The notes: a model not told the origin generated them from the letters alone. Counted from the first letter of the stretch, positions 48,301 through 60,400 are shown. The stretch: 64,000 bases of DNA from Lingula anatina (GCA_051362555.1 CM120640.1:17050001-17114000), one strand, 5' to 3'. Translations and numbers: made by a program.

Positions 48301-50825
48301 CGTTCACTTACGCTCACTTACACAAGTAACCTCTCACGATCGATCCCAGATTCGAATGTCTAAAACTTCACGTAAGTGTGTGCGCCAGAAACCAAGTCAA
48401 CCACAAGGATAAATCAACGTAACGCTGCTTTATTTAACAACTGACCAAGATTCATAACAAATACGATCTTTTATACTATTTTCTTTTATCGCGACGATCT
48501 TCCACCTAAGTGGATTTTCTGCTGCAGGTCCATGTCCAATCATCACGCCAAAAGTTAATGGATTCTATTTACATAATTACGTCGTCGGGAGCGTCTCTAG
48601 ATCTCCGGGCGCTCCCGACAAAGTATACTCTTATAAATGTAACATTGGAGGCCGATATGTTAATTTTACCATAACTTAGGAATAACGTTTGGAAAATGTT
48701 ATCCAGGAAAGTTTTTAATGTTTTGGGAAGTGTTAAAGAATAAATATTAGAGAACATTTTTATTTTTATATAGGGTCATATGGACCCATAGCTCGTACAA
48801 TGTATGTGTCTGTTTGGATATATAAAATTTTCTAACATGTATCATGAATGGTTGCGGTTGGAGCCTTGTATGGGTAGGATCAGATGATCGTGACGTACAA
48901 TTCAACGTCACTCACCTTACCTTCATTCCTGTGTTAGCTGAACTTGCGAACCACTTTCTTAAAATGTATTTCTTACAGCGGAGTTAAACAAATTCAACAG
49001 TTTATCATAAACACCAAACAAGTATCAAGATTACTTAAAATCGCCTGTTTAATCATTTTGATAATTTCTATTATAGTATTGATGTCCATATTAAACCCTC
49101 CCCGATAGTAATGAACAGTAGATCATAGTGATTTATCCGGTATCATAGTTTAATTAAGGTTTTCGTCCCGTGTCTGTTGTTTCAGTCCGAAGGTTCTAAA
49201 ATTCGCGTCGCTCTGAATTATAACCTACATCAAAAACGCCTCGAACGTTTTTTTCCTATTTTCATAAGCCAGGCGACGCCGTGATAGTAGCCATAATCTA
49301 TTTATTGCGTTAAAAACTAGGTGAATGAGGAAAATGTGAGATGGTGCTGTGAGCGACAATATATTATATGCACAGCTTTAAGGATCGCATATAACTGCGT
49401 ACGCACTTTAGACAATCCAGTCGCCAAACTCGTATTTTGGACACCACCTAAAGTCCCCACAATGTTATTAAAATATAAGGATATATGTCAGTTAACTCAT
49501 TCAAAATTTATATACCGGTACGTTTATACATCGTGCTGGCAATGTTTTTCGGACTGATGGTAATAACGGTGGCAGTGTAAAACGTAAGAATAACGTTTTG
49601 CTAGCATTTGCTTATAGTCTTACCAATATAACATGTAACCCTGTGGGAACATTATCAAAATGTTATGGGTGAGCTGGGTCATTTCTTCCAGCTTCCCTTC
49701 CTACTCTGAAATTATCGTAAAGGCATTTCGTACACTCGGTCATCGATCATTCTGTCCATTATTATTATTATTATCATCGGTCAGGTGAAAATTTACTTTT
49801 AAATTTGCGGCACGTTTCAATTTCTGACTAAAAAAACATTTACTAATAGCTAATTTTCCTGGGACTTACGATATTTTTCTCCACGTAACCAACCTTTGAT
49901 CATTCTTTCCTGACACTCGCCATAACTGTGTAACAAATTTGGAAAATAAAGTTTTTAAGTAAGTTTTCAAATTCTGTAATAACTTACGAACACTGACTTT
50001 CGATTTGCTCGCACCTCAAAACTGTGTCAAGATAGTCGACAGGTAGGTAAATAGGTAAATTATCAGATTACATTTGGCGAAAGATTTAAATTAAATTCGT
50101 TTATTTTTTCCTTAAAAATACATAAACCACTCCTAGTTGACTGATTTAAATACAAGTAAAATCATTAGCTGTGTCCCTCTAAGTAGAGCTAAGAAATCAA
50201 GTTCAAAATACTATTTAACAAAAAGAGGCCATAACATCTAATGCAGGCAACAATTTGCTACATTGTTATTATTGTTAAAATTATTTGAGTTTATATAATA
50301 AAAGCGGCCTTGTTTGGCCAAATCACGAACAAGCGGAACAACCGATAGTCTTTGTTGCCTTTTCTTTTGTTATGAATGGGACTATGCAAGCTTGTGGTAC
50401 ACTGGGATGGAGGAGACATAAAAGACTATTTAAGTTACTCCGTCCTGCGAGGTCCTAGTCCCATCAAAGTCCACATAATTAATGAGATCCAGGGTTGGCC
50501 TAACAAAATCTTACCAACCCAAGATAACTAGCATTTGAATAAGTGAGTTGGAAATTAAACGAAAGAAGACGCTTTATAAGTTCCCGAAAGATACGTGTGA
50601 GACTACCAATTAATTGAATGCGCTCTAACAAGTTACTGGGATGGGTAAATCCGACAAACTGAAGACTGAGATAGGAATTATTGACACTGAGTTGTTGTTA
50701 AGTGATGACGATGGAATGGGAGCGTCGGAAGTTCTATAGATTTAATAATTGTGCAGTTGGAACTTAATAAATAAAACCCAATTACCTGAGAAAATGAGGA
50801 TCCAAATAATCAGGAAGTAGTGCAT
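22378..50825 (-). CDS. RPTP-like receptor gene A, 33 coding exons, about 1562 aa: SP-EGF-FTP-FTP-EGF-EGF-3xFN3-polybasic site-TM-PTP(D1)-PTP(D2); both PTP domains predicted inactive
   Basis: Exons: 50786-50825, 47770-47934, 47279-47482, 44430-44621, 43930-44145, 43546-43767, 43101-43247, 42689-42826, 41923-42225, 41638-41720, 40953-41184, 36285-36391, 35974-36151, 35702-35813, 35218-35488, 34734-34794, 34454-34547 (TM: [26 protein letters not shown]), 34022-34110, 33477-33637, 32698-32785, 32131-32207, 31877-31913, 31532-31629, 31245-31370, 30826-30983, 30347-30482, 30017-30166, 29607-29777, 29201-29335, 23786-23911, 23458-23615, 22880-23015, 22378-22455. All phases join into one open frame ending [12 protein letters not shown] motifs seen: [40 protein letters not shown]. 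Confidence 0.92.
22553..22790. mobile_element. MITE of the same terminal family as 5687-11386, in the last intron of gene A
   Basis: Right end ccaacttaccccggggtccaactacccccggtctcccc|TA. The left TIR is partly deleted (TA|gggg..gttggaccccggggtaagttg). Confidence 0.75.
23943..23988. repeat. (TA)n microsatellite
   Basis: Direct reading. Confidence 0.95.
24014..28918 (-). mobile_element. L1/Tx1-clade retrotransposon (copy 2), 5'-truncated in ORF1, 16-bp TSD
   Basis: TSD tcattttaatgatttt at 23998-24013 and 28919-28934. A-rich tail, near-complete ORF2, about 700-bp inter-ORF spacer, and an ORF1 C-terminal remnant at about 28640-28918 (RPVIVKF...LHDDITK). Confidence 0.92.
24102..27919 (-). pseudogene. 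ORF2 (APE-RT-CCHC) of L1/Tx1 copy 2 with one frameshift in a (TA)n run at about 24765-24778
   Basis: A 1051-aa ORF with [21 protein letters not shown] and QYADD overlaps a 221-aa ORF with CVFC...[10 protein letters not shown]. Confidence 0.9.
28935..29012 (+). mobile_element. L2-LINE/SINE-type 3' tail fragment (target of L1 copy 2)
   Basis: tgtaaggcgcctt...aaggcgccatataagaatc(tta)n resembles the L2-type terminal stem-loop plus short repeat. The reconstructed fragment sits between (TA)n runs. Confidence 0.55.
31385..31433. repeat. (AATAT)n microsatellite
   Basis: Direct reading. Confidence 0.95.
31767..31858. repeat. Compound A-run/(TA)n/(TG)n microsatellite
   Basis: Direct reading. Confidence 0.95.
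32921..33257. mobile_element. Kolobok-like MITE (TTAA TSD), copy 2
   Basis: ttaa|agggataataactcttcgt ... acgaagagttattatccct|ttaa, perfect 19-bp TIR. Confidence 0.88.
34897..35147. mobile_element. MITE with CAG(T/G)GGCGGAT termini and 6-bp TSD AAAACT (hAT6-like)
   Basis: aaaact|cagtggcggattt ... ggatccgccccag|aaaact. Confidence 0.7.
36634..38035 (+). pseudogene. DIRS gag-like ORF broken by frameshifts/stops
   Basis: Four consecutive ORF pieces with [18 protein letters not shown] and ELFGDNL motifs typical of DIRS gag. Confidence 0.75.
38040..39400 (+). pseudogene. DIRS RT/RNase H, frameshifted, with the RNase H end and methyltransferase-like region deleted
   Basis: [35 protein letters not shown] and [13 protein letters not shown], then an abrupt jump to [12 protein letters not shown]. 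Confidence 0.85.
39434..40411 (+). CDS. DIRS tyrosine recombinase (open frame)
   Basis: GQRCQ, HSTR and AGW...TFSRFY give the R-H-R-W-Y catalytic residues. Confidence 0.9.
   Translation: MFVIGKSLQEKDISGKTQDIIMQSWRTGTRKQYNTYIKKWINYCTKLNYDPFQPSVPQILGFLTELFEAGLNYSAICTARSALSAFVQLKDSSTLGSNQLIKRFNKGVFHSRPSFPRYQTTWDTNIVLAYLEKLSPVSELSDKDLTLKLVMLVALISGQRCQSIHLMNLKTVLKTDTGVAFLIDALVKQSRPTKDQPIINLPGFPENSRLCVLNVLHEYLIRTSKYRSSGVSQLFLSYNRPFNPVKKDTIARWIKTVMLKAGVDTSVFKAHSTRAASTSKAFAANIPLSTILRTAGWGNNNTFSRFYNKPTVSQNTSFAFSVLDS
42273..42320. repeat. (TA)n microsatellite
   Basis: Direct reading. Confidence 0.95.
44711..46787. mobile_element. Non-autonomous EnSpm/CACTA-like element (CA[C/T]TGTAAAAACAGTG TIR, TA TSD) with internal duplication
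   Basis: ta|cattgtaaaaacagtgtttagc ... gctaagcactgtttttacagtg|ta. About 46185-46330 is repeated at about 46540-46695. Absent from the gene B intron (about 13390). Confidence 0.75.
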
Positions 50826-52821
50826 CACTCAGCGTTTACAGCGTCCTGTAAAACACGTCCTGTGTTAACAATCTGATGTAAAGAGTGCGACAAGGTACGC
50901 CTAGGTTAAGGTTTTTGTCGAAGTAGCTGTTATCTCGAAAATGTATGTAAACACTGCAAAATCGATAAATTTGATAGGTGACTTCGGCACCAGTTACTAG
51001 AAAATAGCGTCACCGTGCATCTGTATAATAGTACCTACGTGTTAATTATTCACTTGTATACAATCTATTACAATTCATTTTGTGACGATATACGTGTTTT
51101 AACATGAATGTTATGTAACACGTGTTATTTAGTTAAAAAGAATTAATTGAATGATGAATGAATACTAATATATTATTCTTATTGTGTTGTGTTCAATAAA
51201 AGCTTTAACCATCGTTATCCCAATACCAAATTGTATTCGTCAGGTCATGGGATTTATCATGCGCTGGTAATCTTTAACTGAATGCATATCTTTATAACTC
51301 GGATAGATAATTAATTTCTGCATTTTATCTCCTTGACATACTGTGCCAATCAATAAGTGGACATAATCGAGGGATTTATTGTACACGTTCCCTATTAGAA
51401 GGTAACGAGACAGGTAACACAGTGCTTGATCTGGAATTTCTCTTACATGAACATTTGTATTTTCTTGATTTCCATTTTCTATCCATGCTTATCTTGTTAT
51501 GCTGAAGAATGAATCATTGCGCAAAGCAAACACCGTTTCATTTCAGTCCATACAAGTTGATAAAGTAAAGTTGATTTATTCCTTGCTTTCTCCAATCATA
51601 AAAATCTCGTGACGACAGTAAAAATGTACTTTACTGAGGAATTATAAATAATGTAGGCCTATAACTTAAATCACCGAAAAATATACCATGGTAAAAGGTG
51701 CATTTACAAAATGACTTAAGTATTCCCAATGCCTGAGCACCCAAAGTAATGTTCTTATTATGTTAGATAAGCCCTCATTGTGCTAGCATTTTCTTTCTCT
51801 ACAAATAACAATCGGATATCTCTACTATCACAATCTAAATTTCCAAACCTTAGACAGATATCCAGTTTGGAGTAAATTCAAGGAGATAACCGTGATATCA
51901 TAAGTCTGTCTTTTAAAACGCAACAACGTTTCTCTGTAAATTTCTTCTACACGCATTCGTTTGCAAGCATACTGATGGCTTTCAAATTGATACATATGCA
52001 GCACAATACACATAACAAAAAATAAGATGCCAAAATGCCCCCATTTTCATAATAACGCCCCTTTTAATTAATTTATATTTCTAATTGAGGTAACACGGAG
52101 AGACAGAAGTTGGGGGCACTGAAGCGTTTTATTTTCAAAAGATAACGTCATAAGCTTAAGCATATACTGTTATGTTTGTAATTCACGTGAGATATAAAAG
52201 CGATAGGAATGGCCATCTCAGAAGAGTCTCACATACAGGTATGAGTGTTTGTTGAGTTAAAAATGGAACTTTTTTTTTTTAAATTTTAGTCTCAGTGTAA
52301 GCGATAAACTGAGGAGTATACGTACATGTATATGTTTTATGATTATGGACATATTTCTCTCCCAGCTACAAATATTTATCCGTTTCTGTTATCATATGGA
52401 CATGGTCAAATTTAAATGAGTCAAAGTGGGTGACTGAGGTAACCGATTTTAAACAGTATCAAAGTATAAGGCGATTGCTGATATATTTCATTTCTGTTAA
52501 TCCACCAGTTTATTGCCAAAATGTGTCTGTACGTAGCTCAGAATTAAACATCTATTTTATTTGATACAGTATAAAATATCTATTTTGTGTGTAGTTTTTC
52601 TAATGGCTTAGAAATATGTTTAATGATAGGTCTGCAAGTCCATTCTTGATACTTCAAAGAAAGAATCCAACAAACTACTGCATTAATTTACGTATTACCG
52701 ACATGAAACACACGATGGCTGTATGATATGCATTAACTTTTGTTTATCAAGAAAAATACCTCGACAAATGTAAGTTTTTCTCAAACTATTTTCAACATAT
52801 GTTATTGAATCATCAACATCA

Positions 52822-53232
52822 AGATCATCATCATCATCATCATCGTCATCCTTCGCCCTTGGGCGGAATGGGAGCAGCAGCGGCAGCAACACGTTTAGAC
52901 CAGAGTTGTTTCTCTCTCATTATTTTAATGATCTAACTTGTTTGCAGACCAGTATCATTTATGATGGTATGCTACGTTTGGTCTGCCTCTGTTACATGTA
53001 GCCTCCCTCCAGTTAGTGTCCAAAGTACGAGACTGGTTGGTCTAAAGTGCGGACACAGTGCCTCAGCAAACTGCAGCCTTCTTTTCCTGATTACAGATGA
53101 TAACGGTGGAAGTGGTCTGTACCCTTCTGTGTTTGGAACATGGTCTGTCCAGCTGATATCCTACATTCTTCTTCATAGCTGTGTATAACAGACATCTATG
53201 CTGCTTTCTAACTTCTCATTTATGGTCCAACT
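52822..53232 (-). mobile_element. RTE-clade LINE 3' fragment with (GAT)n tail
   Basis: Decayed translation WTINEKLE...ISWTDHVPN...VIRKRRLQFA.HCVR...RGRP, ending in gatgatgat repeats. Confidence 0.75.
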
Positions 53233-54499
53233 TAAAAGAAGGATCATTTTCAAATTTCCTAAATTCTACTTTAAGTTTTCACCTGATTTAACGAAAATAC
53301 CCTCAAATGAGGTTTAACGGCTGAACCATAAATACTATCTATACATTTCAAGGTCATACCTTTGCTTGTAGAAACAAGAGAAAATGGAACAATATAGGGG
53401 CCTACTACTACCCCAATGTAGGGGCCTAACCTTTTTATCAGTGAACAAGCTGATAGGAGACATTCATTTGATATTATGTCATGATTTTTAATATGATTTT
53501 TACTGTAAAAGACATGATGACACAAACTATATTTATAAGTGACTAGCCTCCTGATCCAATGAAGTGGCTTAAAGTATATACGCCAGACAAGTGAGACTAA
53601 TTCGTCTTGCACGATCGTCGCTTTTGATAGTGTGACGTGACTAGAACAGTATTAGCTATTTTGAACACGTTTCCACCCCCAGGGCCATTTAGTGGCGTGG
53701 CTACATGTGTCAAGTAAAACACTCTGAAGCCAATCCTCAAACATGACATACAAAGTACGCACTGCTTTACCCATGTTAGTTGGCAAATTTGTAAAATGGT
53801 GGGTGAAGTTATGATGTGAAAGGCCGTATCCACCCATACGTGTGATGGCGATGACTGTTTGAGATTTTGGTCATATGAAAAATATCATGCAAAAAATAAT
53901 ACGTATGAAATCATTTAGAGAGCTTTGGTTGTTTCAAAGTACTTTCATATGTGGAACAGACCAACAGCGTTCGTTAATTAACGCCATTAATGGATGTAGT
54001 ATAATAAAAAGGCCAAGAGCGTTCGTAAATTAGTCACAATTACAAGCACAATAGATTTACGCGAACCAATTACAGCCCTTATTAGCGTACATCTTAAAGA
54101 AAGGCCCCCGATAACATACATCACGCAAAAGGCACAGTTTCTCTCCTTCTGTCAATGCTTACAAAAATAAGATGACGTTTAGCACAAAATAAATATATTT
54201 AAATTATACATAACAATAATACATATACTGTACATTTTTATGTCCTTTAAAGTTAAAATTTATGCAAATTCATGCTAGGCATGGTCTACATGGTAGACTG
54301 AAAAGCTCCAAAGTAGTAGCCTATAGGATTATAAAATCAGCTGGAAAAAACAACTGGAGGGTCCATAAAAAAGATAATAGTACCAGTCCGGAAAATTACA
54401 TGTACTTCCAAGATATAGATATATATATATATACACACAAAACGTGCAGAGTCTGAATCGCCAAGTGAAAGGCATAATGCTAATGTCGATGTGGTCATA

Positions 54500-57400
54500 T
54501 CACGCAGACGAATCCAAAATGTTAACACGAGCAGCAGACCTATCGTTCACTGCATTGCTGCTATTGCGTCTTAGCAACATCACCTGCGACACTTCAAACA
54601 TAGACGCAGTTTCTGACGACCTGTTCTCCACCGGGCAGCAACAACAACATAATCTGCAAACATCCGCCGCAAACGTTGCCCAGTACATGAGACCTAACAC
54701 GACTAGTGAGCAATATGGGAATATCGACATGAGAAAATATACTGCTGGCTGGATAAATATTCCCATTCCGAAAAGTATGTTTGTTATTACATGCGGAAAC
54801 TGTGACATGAAGTTGAGTAGGGCAGACGTGGCGAATACCCTGACGATTTTGGAATCGAATGTAGTGATCTCTGAACCAGGCTGTGTGGGCTCAGATCGTC
54901 TGCAGAGAATTCTCAAATAGCAGTAAAAGATAACACAGTGCGGAATCACCATGGTAAAAATGGACTGGTATCCAATGAAGCCCTTAATGTTTTTGTTCAC
55001 ATCCGTATAATCTAGGCTGCAGTGGCTGTTTTCTGTAATGAAAACGATTCGGAATGTCAAAGTAGTCAAGACAGACTCGGAAAAACACAATTACAAATGG
55101 CTTTACACTGGATAAAGGAATAAACTTGAAAACTTTCATACAAAAAAATAAAAACACGACTACCCTAAATACAAAAATGCACAAATTCAATCGCAGATTG
55201 TCTTAAAGTGCATAATGTCTTAGCAAAATTGCCTCATCTGTTACAAGTAAGTCGACATGCCATCATTATCTAAATGTTAGAATAAAAATGCACTTTTAGG
55301 TCTTCATACCTTGATACACCAGTGGCACCTGTCGGTATTTTTCTACTTCCGCTTGGGACATGAAGGTTCCAAAATGGAGTCTTTGAACTTGCAATAAGTT
55401 AAGAGTGTAGTTATCATTAACTATGTTTCCAAGAGTTTCGCCGAGCGTGTGTTCTTTTTGCTCTTTCCACAATTTAGAAAGAGCGGCATAGTTGTAAGCA
55501 CGCAGTGTAAACTGGATTGCTGTTGGGGAGATTACTATTTCCCTAACTTGAACCTCTCTTGAAACACTGAAGAAATTTCGGATGTTTTGTTTAGTTCGAA
55601 CAGCGGCTGAGCCTGTGATGTTGTTGTCTTCATTGTGAAGAAACCCATAGAACTTGAGCGCAGTCGCCTGCATCTGGCTGATATCCAACTGTGTTTCATT
55701 TGTGATGTTTATCACAGCTAGGTGCATGTGTATTTTTCCTGAAATTGAAAAAAGAGGGCCTAATACTAATCTCTATCTTGCGTGGCATTGTTTAAGTGAA
55801 AGCAGATACGTACTCTCTGTTCAGTCCTCGCTAGCCATGATCGACATGAACTTGGCCTGCAATATGCCATTTCGATAATAGGGGCCGTTCAGTTCCGGCG
55901 TATCAACATTAAATTAGCATAATTAGTATGATCACACTTAACTTACAAAACTGGTTATTCTGTGTAGATTTTCTGGTGGAGCAAACTTCAGGCAGAAGAA
56001 CTAGCAATTTCATTTTCCAACCTACAGCCGTTTTTACCACTGAGCCATGTTTCGCAAATTCTTTAGAAGTCGAAAGTAGAGGTACAGTTGACTCTACTAC
56101 GGCATCGATATATCATCAGTAAACCAAAATAACAGGTAGTCTTATTAATAATAGCAATTTCTTACTTCTTTTGTGCGACAGGGCCAATATCTTTATTTAG
56201 GCTTACTTTCCCTGATTGTACTTGTGTTAATATTTTGATCTTTGCTTTGAGGTGAAAAAACTAAACCCGTTTCCCATTTCTAATTTTTAGAGGCGAAATT
56301 CAATAGTCTCCATCTCCACCACGAGACTGACTCAAAAACTAAAAACTTTGAACCCCCGGCCAGGATTAAGGTGGCAATTCTGTGAGCAGCTTTGGTTATG
56401 GTATACCTTAGTGATTAAGGGAAATGTGTTGAATTTCTAGGATAATTAAATGTTTACTATGAAAAGGTCTCACGCTCACTGTGAGCTTATAATTAATCAG
56501 ATAGCAGAAACAGGTGTCACAGGGAAGATGATCTGTTTGCCATGTGAACGGAACCTTCAACTAACCAATCGTGATTTGAGAGCTTTCTTATCAATTACAA
56601 AATTCTAGATTTTTATTGCTTCCAACACAAACTTACCCCTAAGGAAGGTATATTCTCCAAATCCGTAGATAGGTCCGGCAAAAATGGGAAGAATGAGTAG
56701 AATGACCCCTCCTATCATTATCTTCAGATTTGTAGGCGTAAAAAGCGATGGATAATCCACTGGCTTCATGAACTTGGTAAATCTGGAAGGCAATATTGCA
56801 TTCGTAAGGCACGCCATTGACATTTACGCAAAGAATATTTCATATTACGTAATGACTTTTGAATGGAAAGCTTAATACGATGCTATGGTTATATTATTAC
56901 CTAGGAATTTCAGATATAGTTTAACCTAAATCCGGGGAAAGTTTGCTTGACATCATATACGTGAACTTTTATAGATTTGGTTTAAGTCTGGAACTATTTC
57001 TGGACTGCCGCTTCTTGTCGCTATGGAATGATATTGTAATTATCTTATTTATACATCCCTAATACGTAAGGTTCTGATGACTCTCCTGTATAGATATGTT
57101 CATGTAGGTCACCCAGGTACGCGTGTAACATAATGATTACCCAACTTCCGTGTTCTGTTAGTACTGGGGTACTGGTTTTTAAGTTGTCCATTTTTTTTTT
57201 CAATTTTCTTTATATGATGAAAGAAAGAATCTATAACATGGTGCTGGCTAACTTCGTTATTTTCTCTGACTCTGACCTTGAATGGAAAAAGGTATATAAG
57301 ATACCGGATGGAACACTTTCTACGGAATTCAAGGATATTCAAGAAACTCGATGTTTACAGTAAAGAACTGAGCAGGAAAGAACTGAGCAGGAAGATAATA

Positions 57401-60400
57401 CCAGTTATTAAAGATGGTTTTAATAAACAACACAGTAGGAGGTGAATGCATAATTAACTTAATCTTAGCGTGATGCCACGATGTTCTGAGAATGATATCC
57501 AACATGTCTTCGTGTCTACTGCAAGGCCTACTGGGTTGAATAATTGTCATTAATAGTGTCTTACAAAAAGTGTAACTGACAGGGTGCCACAGCTGTGTAC
57601 TATTGTGTTTAGCAACACATTAAGTGAACAATGTGCAGTCACATTGTTCCAAACATAATCTGGAACGTTCTTTAACCTTGATAATTTACACCTTCCCCTG
57701 CAATGTTTTTCTTAACAAAACATAAATATTTTGTTACTTCTAAAAGAATCATTAAACGTTTTAAAGTTGAAAAAAATCAAAACAAAAACCAATATTTCAT
57801 GACATGACAGCAGAACAAGGTTAAAACAGATAGATAGATAGACAGATAGATAGATAGATAGATTGAATAATCGAGGTGAAAATGATGTTCTTTAAAATCG
57901 CCACTTAATGGTGCGCAGTATCACGTTATAAGATTCATGCCATCTTATTCATTCTACTGATTCATGAAACATCGTCTCAGTCATATATTTTTAAAAAACT
58001 TTCTCCAAATGATCTGGAACTAACAATGCTCGGTAGTAGGTTGCACATTAATATACACACACAAGCGCATGTATAGATTATTTACTGATGTCTTTTGAAT
58101 TAATTCTTTTAATCAGAGAAGGGACCCCCTGTAATGGGGCTCGGTCAATGACCGATTGTGATTTCTAATTACTGTTGACAGCATTCTTAGGACACAAATT
58201 ATTTCAGTTAACTTCAGTCTATCAAATCAGGACGTCACGCTGGCCATAACTTTTTTTCTCTACGGTAAAGATTTATGTAGATCAGACGTCACTCAGCAGT
58301 CCACTACGTGCATTATTATCCTTTGAATGACAACGGAATTAGGTGCAATTAGTAGACGTTTCCTGACTGGTAGGCTGGTCGCAATTGGTAGTATTGGAGA
58401 AATGTCGGAAAAAGACGCCAACATTTTCACAGCGTCCAGGTAAACGCGTTTGTGTAGATAAGTTTGCATATTTTGCCTATCAGGAATGTTTTGCAACGTA
58501 CAAAAACTGTATTGTATATATGGGTGGTCCTACCTTTCAACGGCAGCAATCATAGTCATCATTGTAACACCGGCCAACAGCATACTTCCTATATACCCAA
58601 TGAACTGACACAGACCACTGCTAAAGACATAGCTGCCTGGAAGACAAACACATTAAGCATTTAGGGGAAAACGTCTTTCTGTGGTCTAAACATAAATAAA
58701 ATGAACGTTCTAGTAATTTACAGTCATGTTATGCGCTCTTTGATCACTGCGGGGGCAACGAGAGAAACAAGGAGTATCAACAGGGCACTGACGCCTCAGG
58801 CGCAAACGAAGGTCTTCGCCATCTGTTATGCATATAACATCACGGATGTCATTGGTGTTTAGCACGCTCTGCTGTGTTCAGATATATACATTTGCAACAA
58901 ATGATCATCCTGTCCGTTTTTAAAAGTGGAATTCCACACATCTTTATAAGTGTAAAGAAGAGTCTACTTTGATATTTGAGTGTCGTTTATCTAGAATTTT
59001 TACGTTAATAAATATTTTGTAAACTTAATTATTTCACTTTTCTTTCAAGGCACTAATGTCTTTTCTGTACATGTAAGAAACTCGCAAGCTCTGCTAATGA
59101 ATTAACCTCACCCAAAGAAAAAAATATGTACTGCATATTGCCAACTACAGCATTTCGGCTAATCGAAGTAAAAAAAAAGACTGCTCACTATCTACATAAA
59201 ATGGTGATTTTGGATATGGAATTTCATAGAATGTTGGTAATTAAGATGACTGTCGAACAATAAAATTGTCGAATTGTCGAGGTAATTTTACTAGTAGATT
59301 CTTTCTAGATGATAAATTACTGGTCCTACTATAAAATTACCAAATCTAAAAAGTTCGTTATTCAAAACGGAATCGTTGAAACAGTGAAAACAATTTATAA
59401 AAGGTGGTTCAAGGGTATACTGTATACGATCTCTAATGTTTGAAAGCTAATAAAGCAAGAGTAAGCTCTGAAAACAAACTGTGAAGCACAAAGTTCAATT
59501 TCGTCAATACAGGCCAAGATAAGACGGACTGACACCTGTGTAATACGCTGATTTTCTATGAACTGTTAGTGTGTTATCTTATAGACCATTAAGGTGGCAA
59601 AGATTGAGAAGCGCGACAGCTCATCGTTCACTTAACGAGGCTCTATTCTAAGACCCCGGTTGCAGCTGCAGGCCATTGTATACAAATTGTCTCAAAAGGC
59701 ATATAAAACAGCCACATAAAGCCTTACAATACTTGTTCTAATCAGTTTTATATTACTAAACAGAAATATACAAGATCGGGGAAATTGATCGTCGTACTGC
59801 AATTTATACATAATAAAAGTTTGACAATACCAAATATCAGAAAGTGGTCATTTCAGCTGTATTTAGTTTGCCACTTTCAACTGAATGATAAAATATCGCT
59901 AAAGGCTTCGAAGGTACATTACATAAATAACGTAAAATGTAAACTAGCAGATTACGAACGCAAACAGGATGAAAAGTCTGTAGGTAAAGTCCTACAAGAC
60001 TGAAAGTTATTTTTCTCTCGCTTGATTGCTTACTTCCAGTGAACGGCAGCTCATTTTATACTATGTGAACCTTAGGATTCCGTCCGCGTGTAAAACTGAA
60101 CGCAGACTGTTATCCGTTATGAACAGCGCCAGACGTATATGGCACCAATTCTTTTACGTTTTATAGCCTATTATATCAGTAAGCATTGTGTTAGAACAAT
60201 TGGCTAAAAAGCTAGTGGGACTTTTTTAAGTTTTGAAAAATCTAATTCAAGTTAACTTTGATCGACTATAAAACATTAACGCCATACCTTTTATAGTTGA
60301 CACCATTAGTGATCCAATATTGATAACGCCGGTGGCTGTGTTGATCACTGCCATACATAAAACCAAATGGGACACAATTGGGTTCCGAGTTCCTCCTGTT

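Noticed and set aside
48242-49679. Possible CCCAGCT-terminated element, a 10-bp hairpin at about 48584-48620, and an RTE-like remnant at about 49350-49450
   Set aside because: The TIR is too short, there is no convincing TSD and the sequence is too decayed to call.
54444-54920. 158-aa plus-strand ORF
   Set aside because: Antisense shadow of the last GPCR exon.
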